From Chrysomallon squamiferum (taxonomy: Eukaryota; Animalia; Mollusca), in contig CM022668.1 of the NCBI GenBank assembly GCA_012295275.1, positions 6,758,001 through 6,822,000 of the forward strand: a stretch of DNA of 64,000 bases, written 5' to 3'. Positions 12,344-28,894 of the stretch are shown one piece after another. The notes under the pieces were generated by a model. That model was not told the origin of the DNA and searched no databases. It saw only the letters and a program-made list of their open reading frames with translations. A program made the translations under genes and the position numbers. The first letter of the stretch is position 1; each line of letters starts with the position of its first letter.

Positions 12344-14049
12344 TGAAATAAGAAAGAGGATTATTTAAATATGTTAAAGAAACAGGGTGAAGAAAGACGA
12401 TCTATTAAAGAAACAAGGTTTATTAAAGCTACACAATCTATTAAAGAAATGATTTCTTTAAGCAAACAGAATTTATTAAACAAATGTTTTCTTTAAAGAA
12501 ACAGAATTTATTAAAGAAATGGGTTCTTTAAAGAAACAGAATTTATTAAAGAAATGGGTTCTTTAAAGAAACGGAATCGAGAGAAATGGGTTCTTTGAAC
12601 ATACAGAATCTGTTAAAGAAATCTGTTCTTTAAAGAACCTGTATCTGTTATAGAAAGGGGTCCACCAAAGAAAGATAGTATATTATAGAAACAGAATTTG
12701 TTCATGAAACAGAATCCTAAGGAAAGGGGATATATTAAAGAAACAGAATCTGTTTAAAGATTTTATTTATTAACGTCATAATCTATTAAAAAGAATATAT
12801 TAAAGAAACAGAGTGTATTAAAAAAGAAAATCTGTTACAGAAACTGGCAGTATTAAAAAAGGAAAAGAGTTAATTTATTAAATAAAGAAAAGGAATTTGT
12901 TATAGAAAAAGACTTTATTGAAAAAAAGTTTTAAAGAAAAATAATCTATTAAGGAAATTTTTATATTACAAGAACATAATATATTAAAAACAGGTTTTAT
13001 TAAAGAAAATCTATCAACGACACATTGTATATTAATAAAGGCAATCTCTTAAATAAACAGATTTTAATAAAGAAAGAAATCTATTAAAGAAACAGGTTCT
13101 TTTATAAATAAATCTATTAAAGAAATAAGTTCTTTAAAGAGAAATCCATTAAAGAGAGGATCTATAAAAGAATCTATTGCAGAAAGATGGTCTATTAAAG
13201 AAAACATATTAAACAAACAGGCTCTGTAAAATAAATGGTCTAATAAATAAATAAAATCTGTTAAAAAAGACTTGATATATTAACAAGAGAGAATCTGTTT
13301 AAGAAACAGCGACTATTAAAGACAGAGAATATATTAAGAAAACAGAAGCAGATAATCTATTAAAAAGGAAACAGAACTATTAAAGATACGGAATCTTCAA
13401 ACTAAGAATCTATTAAAGAAATAAGATTCATTAAAAAAAAAAATAATAGATAGCAAAAAGAGTGTCCGTTAAAGAAATTCTATTTATAAAACAGGATCTA
13501 TTTATGTAACATTTAATTACGCTGATGACTATGAAGTGGGCTCAGCCTAGTCAAATCATATTTTCAAAATTTTATAGAAGCTAATTTTGTTTTGTCAGCA
13601 TCGTGATACTTTCTGTATCCGTGCTAACATGAATGAGTTGTATCTCATGTTTATCTACATGAAATAATAAAATTAACGAAAAAACGTTCAAAGCAGTAAC
13701 TCCTACTGGTACTAGTATTGGTATTATTACCATCCTCATAATAATAATTGATTATGTTATTTATTTATCTATCTAGATACATTTATTTATTTTAAGATAA
13801 TATAAGGTACAACAAGAGTGCGTTTAAGTCCAAAAAGCAAGCAGCTATGTATCATCATCTAATTAAAAACAATTATATGTATATATACGTATTCATATTA
13901 CTAATCACAGACAGTCAGCAATTGCAGTGGACAGTGAAGTGAAGAGCTTTTGTAAATTAAAATCAATAAATTTACTTTTGTTGTCTTCTGGGTTTTCTTC
14001 TTTGAGTTCTATTATTTTATTTTTTATTTACTTTATTTTTTTTTTTCAT

Positions 14050-14290
14050 GTTCTTCAAAACTGGAAGAAAATAGTGATAATTGTAACTACTGTTCTTATA
14101 CTCACACACAGAGACACATACACACACACACACGCATACATATGTACATATACACACAGATAAATACGTTCATAGACACATACATTCATTTACATGCATA
14201 ATATGTATGCGTGTGTGTGTATGTGTCTCTGTGTGTGAGTATAAGAACAGTAGTTACAATTATCACTATTTTCTTCCAGTTTTGAAGAAC
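14050..14290. repeat. Foldback inverted repeat (~90-bp arms, ~57-bp spacer)
   Basis: 14050-14143 is the reverse complement of 14201-14290 except for (CA)n length. Confidence 0.9.
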
Positions 14291-14294
14291 TCAC

Positions 14295-14340
14295 TTAATG
14301 CTGGATAAAAGATAGCTGAGGTCTTCTTATTTCAAACTGA

Positions 14341-14420
<80 letters not shown>

Positions 14421-15494
14421 CAATAATAATAATAATAAAAATAATAATAATAATAAAACAGCATTAAAAAACTAATTTATACATTTTCAGTTTTCAGCTG
14501 ATGTATTGTAGTATAAATACATAAACATGCAAAATAGCTGGGGGTTTTTGTTAGTTTTTTGTTTTGTTTTTGTCATTAAATACATTCATTAATTAATGCA
14601 GTTTCAATTTATGACTTTAAATCTAAATAAATAAATAAAGACATATCTATGAATGTATTATAACTACTACTAGTACTGGTCAATAAAACAATATATATTA
14701 AGAAACTACAGTCAATTTTTTTTTCTTCACTTCCAGATGAGAGACACATTATATATATATATATATAAACTAATTTTGAAGGATATTACTGTAACAAAAA
14801 CATAAATTAATAAATACAAAATTATAATAATAATAAATAAAAATAAATAAAATAAAAATAAAATACGTACACGAGTTTCTGGTAATCGATGCTGGTACAT
14901 TGGTGACGTTCTTTCTTCATTTTCTCTGTTAGGAGCACGAAATGTAGCGCCCGACCGATTTTCTTTCGACTGCCAATTCCTTTCATTTTCCAATTTAAAA
15001 TGGCCGTCCTTTTCAACAGAAGGCTTATGTCCGGCATATCCTCCTTCGTAACCCAAATTCCGTTCTCCTTCGATGGAGTAATTACCTCTCAAGCGTCCCC
15101 CTTTGCCTTCCATTTCTCTGGAGTATTCATCTGTTATTCCTCCAGTATGGCTTTCCATTTCACTGACATAGTTATGTCCCTTGTGTAATCGTTTACCTGC
15201 CTCGGCACTGCTTGCATTGACGGAATCTCGGCCGCTTCTGTAATTGTGGCGCTTATAGCTAGTTATCTCCCTTCTCGAACAAATCATGATAGTCACGTGA
15301 CCTCCGTAGCTCTCTTTCCAGAGTTGGATAAATGCGTGCTGGATTACTTCTTATGTCTATAGGAACAGTTTCTCGTTCATCTTGATGACGTAAGTTCATT
15401 GTGACGTCTCTTTACATAGTGTCGCCATAGCCACCGCTTGTTCGAGTGATTGAATGATGTATATTCCAAGACTAGAGATAAATAAACAAATGCA

Positions 15495-15529
<35 letters not shown>

Positions 15530-15752
15530 ATATCTGTTTATATTTTAATATATTTTTTTCACTTCAAACGCAATTTCTTTTAAATTTTATAACTTTTTAT
15601 TGCGAAATTTTCTTATTATTGTTACTTTTGCATTATAAGATTGTTTATTTTGCTTTGTTTTATATTCTTGTTTATATATGTGCCTGGTTATGTGTGATTA
15701 ATTTGTATTATTACGCCGACAGCTTTACACGGGTCACTCACTTTGTCCTCAA
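14295..15752 (-). pseudogene. Internally deleted mucin-SEA-EGF-TM pseudogene (EGF exon fragment, tail exon 2, last exon)
   Basis: EGF exon start VEDKVSDPCKAV at ~15713-15752 fused to the intron before tail exon 14871-15471, which has a premature TAA (ATG TAA) and a small frameshifting insertion; last exon 14295-14336 FEIRRPQLSFIQH*. Confidence 0.8.
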
Positions 15753-15802
15753 CTACAAATATATCTGCTCATTTGGTATCCACAATATGTTTAAAAACTT
15801 CA

Positions 15803-15884
<82 letters not shown>

Positions 15885-17159
15885 GGATGCATATACGAAT
15901 GGATACATGCAGTAAGGGATAATTAGTGTGCATGTATCTGTGTTTGTATGTGTGTACGTACGTACGTATGTAGATATGTACGTATGTTTACATTTGCATA
16001 GGTATCTCTATGTGTATTTATGTATATATCTATGTATGTATGGATGTATGTATCTCTCTATGCATGCCTATATATCTGTCTGTGTCTGCGTATGCATGTA
16101 TGCATTAATGGATATGGATCTACTTTTTTGTATGTATGTGTGTAAACCGTTTTTTATCTCAAGCAGGGCTCTGTCAATCTGTGGAAAGTTTTAACAGCGA
16201 TATTTAAATGTACTCTTTTCTGTGATTCTTTAAATTGGAAAATAGGTCCTAACTTCCTTATCAAACGACGGATCGCAGCTTGGGTTATACCTACTGGTAG
16301 CTAGTTTTTTTACTTATTATAATATTTTAAATTGTTGTACTATTAAGGAACAGTTTATGAAAATGCCAGTAACATATTGATTATATTAATACTTTAATAC
16401 ATCTCATAATTAACCTGTATGTATCATTAAAGTAAGTAAATATGTTACCCATTCATTTCTACAAATGTTCCTAATAGTATGTATTAATTGGATATGTGCT
16501 GTTAGTTAAGAGTAATCCAATTACTGAAATCACATAGAAATTAACGGTCACGAGCCAGAGACAAAAGGAATTTTTGTCAGGTACGCTCTGCTGACTTTAT
16601 TTAAGTAAAAGAGAAAAGGGAACAAAGAAAACGCAAAAAGAGAACAAAGAGAACATACTGAGGGAACGCTAGGGACTGTGGATTTGGCGGCCATTATTAG
16701 GCAACTATGTTGGTAACTATATTTTGCGTTATTTTGTTTAAGTCGGAAGCAGGGAATAAATGGTTATCCTCTTTCTGTATGCTCTGTTTGATTTGTTGAT
16801 CAATTTGATGTTCCATAGAGAGTCTGATATATATATATATATATTAGGGAAAATTAAAAGAATTAAGAATTATAGTATTTCATTTAACCCCAACCCCCCC
16901 ACATCCTCAACCACTAAATGATAACTATACATGTTGTAAAACAACTAATTAACTTTGAAACAGTAAGTTTGTGTTGTTTGGTGTTCATAGTCGATACTTT
17001 ATACTATGTATAGTTTATACCTGTAGTATATGCAAGCATATGTATCTGTTATAACGAGCCGTCACAGTTTCTTAATTACACAGACAGCGGATCCATTTAA
17101 AGGCGCAATCCCTGGACAAGAAACGAGCCATATTCTAATACGATCGTTAGCACTGAATA

Positions 17160-19480
<2,321 letters not shown>

Positions 19481-19490
19481 CATGTGTATG

Positions 19491-19541
<51 letters not shown>

Positions 19542-20055
19542 TGTGTGTTGTGTGCTGAATTTATCTGAGAGTGTATATATGTGAAATGTGTTTGTGCGCT
19601 TGTGTATTTAAACAAGTTTCAAGAGAAAAAATGCTATTTTTGGTGACACAGATTATAAATTTAATTTCACTCACTCATTCTTTCATTCATTCATCCATTC
19701 ATTCATTCCGCCCGTTACAAGGGGGATTAAATAATAAATCAGAGTAGGATGAGGTACGACAAATATGTAAACTTTGCGTGTGTGCGTGTGTCCTGTATAT
19801 ATATTTGTCAGTGTTTTATACTGTTGTCATGGTTTCTCTACGTTGTAAATAAATTAAATTTTATAAATCAGATCACCTTTTTTTCTTGCTTTCTTTTAAT
19901 ATTTGAAAAATAATGTTATATCAACAGATATGTATATTTTTTGGTATAAAACTGATGTCTAATTTTTATTGTTGTTTAAAGATTAATAACAACAACAACA
20001 ATAATAATAATAATAACAACAATAACAACAACAAAAATAGCAACAAAAATATTTA

Positions 20056-21479
20056 AGGGAAACTGGGGACCGATGAGACATTTTTAAGATATTTGGTCAT
20101 TTCACTCAAACCTTTATAGCTGTTGACAGAAAAACTGTTGATGCTTATAGAGGCATCATTGCTTTGATTACAATACAGAGTTTGCTAGGTTATCTTCATC
20201 AACATTGTCATGGGAGACACTTATGTACCAGGGTCTGTGCTGGCTCATCGTGCCCCAGGGTAAGGGACAAATGAGTCACCCTTTGAGGGTCTTGTGAGCC
20301 ATGATCTTAAACCGTGAAACTGGCTAGTCACAATACACATGTAACTCCAAGGGGTAAATTACATTTTCAACACATTGACGTCACTCTAGAGCATATTGTG
20401 TGTTGACTCAGTTTCAATAGTTTCAATGTAGTTTCAAGAGTCCTAAACTAATCAAAATTCTCTTCTATCTTATAGCAGGTTGCTTAACAGGTTTAGTAAG
20501 AGCACTCACATATCAAATCTACTTCAGCTGAGCTTATTTCTTCCTGGACAGTCTCAGTAAATGCACATGAAATAGTGTACCTGTGAGATTTTATGAGAAA
20601 TTGGACTTCATTGTCCCCATTGTCATCTTTTGGATGTGAGATTACATGGATGTAGTGAACAGTGCTCTTCACTAGCTCTGCTGAGAAAAGACCTCTGTCT
20701 GTCTTCCTAGGTATTCTTTTTATACCAGATACAACACTCTAGTCTATCCAGAAGAAAAGTAATACTAGTAATTAACTATCTATCAAATAACATTGATTAT
20801 ATAGCTATATATTCCGTTGAAATACAGTGGAATCCCAAACCCATTTTCATTATGTTAGCCCAGTGTACCAGATAAATAATATTAGTAATAGTTATATTAG
20901 TTATAGTAATAATGATAATAATAATAATGTCTTACATTCTTTCTTTCTGGGAATTCTTTTTATAGCAGATACAATACTTTAATCTATACTGAAGAAAAGT
21001 AATACCAGTAATTAATTATCTACCAAATAACATTAATTTTATAAAGCTACAGTTTCCTTTGAAATGCAGTGGGATCGAATGAGTCACCTTCCTATGGAAC
21101 CCACAGAAAATGGCTCACTGGTCTCCCAACACCACTTTCACTACATCAGAACAGTGTGCCAGTGGCTGATCGTCTTAAACAGTATTTAGATGTCAAAAGA
21201 AATTATTAGTAAAAAAAAAAAAAAACACAAACCGTTACAGTATCTATGAAATATTTATTGTCACCTCAACATTAAACTGTAATCAAAATAAAAAACAATT
21301 ACTCAAAGTAGTCAAAAAGCTACTTTTTCGCTGCACCAAAGCTCTGTAAACAATACGGGCGAAGGTCACGTGTGTAGTAGTTGCACTGATGGTGGACAGA
21401 TGTCACTACTATCTCGCAGTCAGGAGTTAATGGGGTGTGGCTCAAAGTTCACCTTGTCTTATCGCTCCCCAGTTTCCCC
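20056..21479. mobile_element. Non-autonomous TIR DNA transposon with TA target-site duplication (Tc1/mariner-pogo type)
   Basis: TA|AGGGAAACTGGGGACCGATGAGACA ... TGTCTTATCGCTCCCCAGTTTCCCC|TA; ~25-bp TIRs with 3 mismatches; internal ~200-bp direct duplication (20700-20880 / 20940-21160); no intact transposase ORF. Confidence 0.7.
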
Positions 21480-21694
21480 TAGAAAAATAGATACAAGAAC
21501 AACATAACAATATGTAATTCAGAACGATATATATATGTATCTGTGTTTGTATGTATATTTTTATGTACGTGTGTATATATATGTTTATGTGTATGTGTAT
21601 GTATGGGTGTCCTTATATATATATATATACATGGTGTCCCATATGTTTCCATACATATGGTTTTTAACATTGTGTGTTTTCATTTGGTATTCAC

Positions 21695-22052
21695 GTACGT
21701 CAGTGGTTAGATCAGATATTTCCAGGTGCGTGGATTGGTAGGCGTGGTCCTGTGGAATGGCCTCCCAGACCCCCAGATCTCACCCCACTTGATTCTTATC
21801 TTTGGCGGCATTAGAAGGCCATGGTGTATCAGGTAAAGATACAAAACATAAATCATCTCAAGCAACATATCACCAACGCCATTACAAGCATAACTCCACC
21901 TGTGACTGAACATGTTCTTCAGTAGTGGAGGACACACACTGAAATGTGTTTTCAACATAATTGCCGTCATGTAGAGCTTATAATAAATAAAAAAGTTTTT
22001 TCATATAAAAACGTTTATTTATCCTAGGTATGCAATTTAATGATACACCATA
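21695..22052 (+). mobile_element. Tc1/mariner-family transposase 3' remnant
   Basis: VRQWLDQIFPGAWIGRRGPVEWPPRPPDLTPLDSYLWRH*KAMVYQVKIQNINHLKQHI... matches the WIGR..WPPRSPDLTPLD(F)LW catalytic-end motif; two in-frame stops; its 3' tail recurs at ~38000-38060. Confidence 0.85.
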
Positions 22053-22636
22053 TATATAGATATATATATAAATTCTATATTCTGTTCAGGCGAATATATT
22101 ACATTTAAACTAACATTTTGCTTGTTATCTTCACTTAGAAAATGTGTGTTAATTCTTCACTAGGTCAGAACACTTGCGAGTGTAACAAAGATTAGAGACT
22201 TAGTAACATACAAGACGTCCGGGTATTTCTCAGAGGGAAAATGCAAAAAGGTATTTTCTTTGTCTACCGTCTTTATGTACACTAACTTATAACATTTTGT
22301 ATATGTGTGTGTGCGTGTCTGTGTGTGTGTGTGTGTATATATGCATTAAACACTAACTTTATTTTTATGTTTATTACATTAATACATGTATGTGTATGTA
22401 TTTATGTGTATATGCATACATGCATACATATCTATCTATCTATATATCTATATATATATACACACACACACACAAACACACATAAACAATATGTATGTTA
22501 TAATATACGTTATATTTATTACATTTAAATATATTATTTCTGTAATTGTTACTGTAGTGATGTTGTTGTGGTTATATTCATCATTATAATGATCTAACTC
22601 GTCCTCATAATAATAATAATAATAATAAATTAATAA

Positions 22637-22667
<31 letters not shown>

Positions 22668-22711
22668 TATTATTATTATTATTATTGCCGTTGTTTGTTA
22701 TTCTTATTATG

Positions 22712-22782
<71 letters not shown>

Positions 22783-22984
22783 TTCAGTTTCATATATTTT
22801 TAACTGATCTCAGTAAAGTAAATATAATTTCTTTACATTTTTCCATTGCTATGGGTGTTTCCATTAACATCAATCAAATAAATTAGACACTTGAAGTATC
22901 ACTGAAAACTAAATCTCTTATCAGCAAGAAGTCAAACACACCTTTCAGAAACCAGCGACTGAACTGGGGTGTGGTTCGTGTATA

Positions 22985-23033
<49 letters not shown>

Positions 23034-23590
23034 GTGTGTGTGTGAGTGTGTGTGTGTGTGTGTGTGTATGTGTGTATACAGTGTCTGTGTGTGTGTGTGT
23101 GTGTGTGTGAGCGTGTGTGTGTGTGTGTGAAAATATATGACCGCAACTAAAATATTATTAAGGAAAATATTTAAAGCACCATTACTTTGTGAATATAAAT
23201 TTCAAGATAATATGAATTTCATTAGAAGGAAGAAAATGAATGTTGAAAATTAAAAAAGAATAGGTACCCCTAGATTTTTGTTTGACCATCCCTGATTAAA
23301 AAAAAGAGTATTGATCTTATCAGCTGAACAGGGAAGGAATTTTGGACAAAGCTTTTCAGTACAAAGATCGTTGTCATTTAGTTTTAGTTTCGCGTAGAAG
23401 TATAAATCGTATTATATTTTTCTGTGTTTTGCTTAATACTATGTTTGCATGCATGTAAGTACGTTTAAGTTATTGTGTATGTATTGAAGCATATGTTTGT
23501 ATAAATACATAAATAACGTTTTATAAAAATTATTGTTTTCGTTCTCAGTACAGAGACTAACAGTCGATGAAAATAATTACTATAATCCAG

Positions 23591-23718
23591 AACAGAGAAG
23601 ACTTCAGAGACAATGGAATCGACAGGATCATAACCGCTACACGAACTAAGAAAACAATCTTTCCTGCGGCCATTTTCTGCCTTCGAAATATTTCTTCGCA
23701 CTTGGGATACATCCTGAT
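23591..23718 (+). other. Candidate non-coding 5' exon of the mucin-SEA gene
   Basis: AG acceptor and CATCCTGAT|GTAAGT donor retained in three paralogous copies (18526-18655, 23591-23718, 39602-39699); no conserved ORF. Confidence 0.35.
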
Positions 23719-23794
23719 GTAAGTGTCATATTAAAATAGTGTACATATAAAAAATGTGAATTAGATCATAGATTCACTAGTCATTCTAGTCATT

Positions 23795-23933
<139 letters not shown>

Positions 23934-24870
23934 TTGTCACTAGTGATCTCTCTTATTGTCACTAGTGATCGACTGTTGGCTCGATATCATTGTTTTTGGT
24001 GAAATAAAAACAAATTATATTTCTTAGTATTAGATGAACGTCTGTCTGTCTGCCTGTCTATCAATCTATCTATCTAGTTATCTATATCTCCATTTTCCGT
24101 TTTCCTTCTGTATTTCTTTACCGTGAACTATTTAAGAGAGTGCATTTTTATTTTGATGCTTTCTAAAGTCTAGACTGTATAAACGTTTATACGTTTTCCA
24201 ATTATTTCACTTATGTAACGGACTTTTTAAATAGTAGTAAAACGAAAAGTCAAAATGAATGCGAGTTGTAAATTCCTGTTTTGACGTCATCCATAATTTT
24301 GTAATACAAGGATGCGACTTGATTCTTCAGCAGCGTTAATTTGAAAGTCGAACCCGGTAAACATTACGTAACAAAAATACACTGAAATAAACGAATTTGG
24401 AAGGACTGTGGAGAACATACTGGGAAACATATTTGTAAAAGAAACTCATTAAAGATGGATACCCGAGTATGTCTTCAGAAATATTTCTCTAATTTTGTAT
24501 TTACAATTCATGATCATGTCTCAATATTTTGTACAGCGTACTGAATATTCTTAGCTTATTTTGTATCTTTTTATTTTGATGCTAAAAAACTGAAACTCTA
24601 AATGAACTTTTGCATTAAAATTAGATGAATGCTAATTTATGGCTCTGTTGACATCCACCACGTTGTTTTACCAAATTCGTAGCAGAATCAGAATCACACA
24701 GCGTCATTTTGAGCAGTTCTCTATCATCTGAAAACATCTTTCCGTCAGAACGAAAAATGCGAATACGTTATATAAGTAACAAGAATCAGATATAACTAGA
24801 ATATGCACATAACTGTGTATGTATGAATAATAGTATTATATTCATGTATATGTTGTTTAACACAGGAGCA

Positions 24871-26552
24871 ATGTCAGCTTCAGCTCTCTGTCTTCTTGCA
24901 CTGGGGATGATTCTCCAGGCCACAAAGTCAACATGCAGTTCTACAGTTAGCACGACAAACCTAACTACACCTGTCAGTAGTTCAACAATAAACACACCTG
25001 TCAGCAGTTCAACAATAAACACACCTGTCAGCAGTACAACAATAAACAAACTGGGCAACAATACAACATCAAACACATCTGGCAACAATACAATACCAAA
25101 CACACCTGGCAACAATACAACATCAAACACATCTGGCAACAATACAACACCAAACACACCTGGCAACAATACAACATCAAACACACTTGGCAACAGTATA
25201 ACATCAAACACACCTGGGAACAATACAATACCAAACACACCTAGCAACAATACAATACCAAACACACCTAGCAACAATACAATACCAAACACACCTGGCA
25301 ACAGTAAAACATCAAACACACCTGACAACAGTACAACACCAAACACACATGGCAACAATACAGCATCAAACACACCTGACAACAGTCCAACACCAAACAC
25401 ACCTGACAACAGTACAAAATCAAACATACCTGACAACAGTACAACACCAAACACACCTGGCAACGATGCAACATCAAACACACCTGAAAACAGTACAAAA
25501 TCAAACATACCTGACAACAGTACAACACCAAACACCAAACACACCTGGCAACAATACAACATCAAACACACCTGACAACAGTACAACACCAAACACACAT
25601 GGCAACAATGCAACATCAAACACACCTGAAAACAGTACAAAATCAAACATACCTGACAACAGTACAACACCAAACACACCTGACAACAGTACAAAATCAA
25701 ACATATCTGACAACAGTACAACACCAAACACACCTGGCAACAATGCAACATCAAACACACCTGAAAACAGTACAAAATCAAACATACCTGACAACAGTAC
25801 AACACCAAACACACATGGCAACAATGCAACATCAAACACACCTGAAAACAGTACAAAATCAAACATACCTGACAACAGTACAACATCAAACATACCTGAC
25901 AACAGGACAACACCAAACACACATGGCAACAATGCAACATCAAACACACCTGACAACAGTACAACACCAAACACACCTGAAAACAGTACAAAATCAAACA
26001 TACCTGACAACAGTACAACATCAAACATACCTGACAACAGTACAACACCAAACATACCTGACAACAGTACAAAATCAAACATAGCTGACAACAGTACAAA
26101 ATCAAACATACCTGACAACAGTACAACACCAAACATATCTGACAACAGTACAACACCAAACACACCTGGTGGCAACAATGCAACATTAAACACACCTGAA
26201 AACAGTACAAAATCAAACATACTTGACAACAGTATAACATCAAACATACCTGACAACAGTACAAAATCAAACATATCTGACAACAGTACAACATCAAACA
26301 TATCTGACAACAGTACAACATCAAACATAGCTGACAACAGTACAACATCAAACATATCTGACAACAGTACAACATCAAACATACCTGACAACAGTACAAC
26401 ATCAAACACACCTGACAACAGTACAACACAAAAAACATCTGTCAGCAATAGAAAATCGAACACAACGCCAGGAATTGGTGGAAAGGAATATGAGTCAACC
26501 AGTTTTAATATAAAGGAAGCGAAACAACCTATTCAAATGGAAGTTAATCGAA
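24871..26552 (+). CDS. Mucin-SEA-EGF-TM protein: signal peptide and mucin repeat exon (7-nt frameshift at ~25524-25537)
   Basis: cacag| at 24865, ATG 24871, MSASALCLLALGMILQATKSTCS signal-like; ~55 x 27-nt repeats (NTPDNSTTS/NTPGNNTTP); ends ...IQMEVNR with phase-1 |gtgagt. Confidence 0.8.
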
Positions 26553-26948
26553 GTGAGTATATCGAATAAGAAATAAAGTTAGAATGAAAAAAAAAATTAA
26601 AAAGAGAAGAAAGAAAGAAAATATAGAATTGCCGTGGAAATATTTCCTAATTTCTGTATGAATCTATGTATGTATGTATATATTTGTATGTGTTTGCTGG
26701 CGTATGTGTGTGCTGTTGTGTTATGTGTGTATGTTTCTGTGTGTATATGCATGTATTTTTGTATGTTTTTGTGTGAGTGTATGTATGTATATATGCGTGT
26801 ATTTGCTTTGTTTTAACGGGTCTGTTCTTACAGCATGCTGTGTCTTATCTATTACTAACATATTTAAGTGTAATTTTATATATCACTTATTTAACACATC
26901 AGAGAGCAAACTGATTTAACGAATGTCTAAAACTTTTTTTCTAAACAG

Positions 26949-27052
26949 TAAGGGGACATTTTGACGTTCCATGTTCTTTGAAGTTTAACCTGTCCTTTTC
27001 TGATGATATGAACAATAAGACATCTCCAGTATACAAGAACATATCCCTAGCT
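26949..27052 (+). CDS. SEA domain exon 1
   Basis: aacag| ... |gtaagt; IRGHFDVPCSLKFNLSFSDDMNNKTSPVYKNISLA (FxxDxxNxxSxxY SEA pattern). Confidence 0.85.
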
Positions 27053-28114
27053 GTAAGTATTACACTTGTTATTGAAACACACACACTCACACACACACAT
27101 ACATACGTACACACACACTCACACACATATACATATACACACATACATACATATACACACACACATACATACACACACACACACACATACATACACACAC
27201 TCACACAGACATTACACACACACACACACACACACATACACACACACACTCACACACATACATACACACACACTCACACACACATCCATACACACACACA
27301 CACACATACATGCACACACATTCACACACACATACATACACATACACTCACACACACATACGTACACACACACACTCACACACACACACTCACACACATA
27401 CATACACACACTCACACACACATACATACACACATACATACACACATACATGCATATACACACAAACACACTCACACACTCACACATAACCATTTATATA
27501 TTAACACTCACAAACTTAATAAAACTGTGATAGGTTTGCGTAAAATGACGTATGTTTTGTAAACATAAGATACATCCACACACATAGAAAACACACTAAA
27601 CGTTTACAAATAAACACAAAATACATACACGTGACATACGAATACACAAAAACTCGAGCAAATGAGGACACGTTTTTACATAGTTATACATAAAACACAC
27701 ATACACTCATAAATACACTCAAATACATATAGACTCACACCCGTAAATACATATTCACACACATAAACAAATTAATACTAACACACATAAATACATACAT
27801 ATTCATACAGATAAACATAAATACAACACACATAAATATATACTTATTCATACAGATAAACATAAATACAACACGCATAAATATATACATATTCATACAC
27901 ATAACATTATAAACATACACATACAGATATATGTAGGGCGAGATACACATGTACGCACACGCACAGACACCAAAATACTAACACAAACACACATTTAGAC
28001 ACACACCGATCAATATACATACACACAACCTCACAAATATATACGCAAAACGCACAATCATACAAATATTTAAACTAATACAAAACGTACTAATTCGAAA
28101 TCTTTTATTTTCAG

Positions 28115-28173
28115 CTAACAGAAGCTTTTGTTAAAATATCTGGATTTATGTATATAAGAATAAAGGAACTGAG
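28115..28173 (+). CDS. SEA domain exon 2
   Basis: ttttcag| ... |gtaaga; LTEAFVKISGFMYIRIKELR; phases 0/2 fit neighbouring exons. Confidence 0.85.
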
Positions 28174-28715
28174 GTAAGAAATGTATTAGAAAAAATATCC
28201 TTAAGGGGAAAAAATATCAGTATGGGTAAAATACTTATAGAAACAAAATTAAGTTCAAATATTTCACAGGTGAAAACATTAAGAGAAATAATATTGTTAC
28301 AGGCACAACATTATTTTGGTCAACATATCATTATGGATAAAAATATAATAGAGTGAAATATCTTTATGGGGATTCAATTTAATTATGATAAAAAATACAG
28401 TTATTATTACATTTTAAAAAAAATAATATATATATCATTGGGAGAAAAATATCCGCATTTTGAATAGACACGCAATGGAATATATCATTATCTCAAAAAG
28501 TATCGTTGACGTTATGTGGCGAAAATAATTTATACAGGTAAAGACAACTAATATTGAACTCTAACTGAGATATCGTTAATTAAATCTTTTTCATTGATTC
28601 ATCCGTTATTCATTCGTTCGTTCATTCCTTCATTCAATCACTCATTCTAGTAATCTCTCTGAGTATTAAAATAATAAAAACTTATTTTTTCTAACATAAA
28701 TCTTTCTTTCTGCAG

Positions 28716-28894
28716 GAAAGGTTCTGTTATTTGTGACTTTGAAAACGCTTTCCGGGCTACCATTTCAGTAAATGAAACTGTAAATGCTGTAAAAACCTCA
28801 CTTAGACACAGTCTAATATCAACATCTTCAAACTATCATCTTAACTTAGATGACGAATACCTCAACTCGTCTCTCAAGAACTTTTCATCTGAAG
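28716..28894 (+). CDS. SEA domain exon 3 with G|SVI autoproteolysis-type motif
   Basis: tgcag| ... |gtagaa; (R)KGSVICDFENAFRATISVNETVNAVKTSLRHSLISTSSNYHLNLDDEYLNSSLKNFSSE; LRKGSVI corresponds to MUC1 FRPGSVVV. Confidence 0.88.

Noticed and set aside
24786-26463. Long Cys-rich (LYCCQVCL)n and hydrophobic minus-strand ORFs, and (TTVQHQTHL)n alternative + frames
   Set aside because: Shadow frames of the 27-nt mucin repeat; only the N/T/S/P frame has a signal peptide and splices into the SEA exons
26978-27562. His/Thr-rich and Cys/Val-rich ORFs here and at 15.6-18.1, 43.5-43.9 and 58.1-58.7 kb
   Set aside because: Translations of (CA)n and (TACA)n microsatellites; only 26949-27052 is exonic
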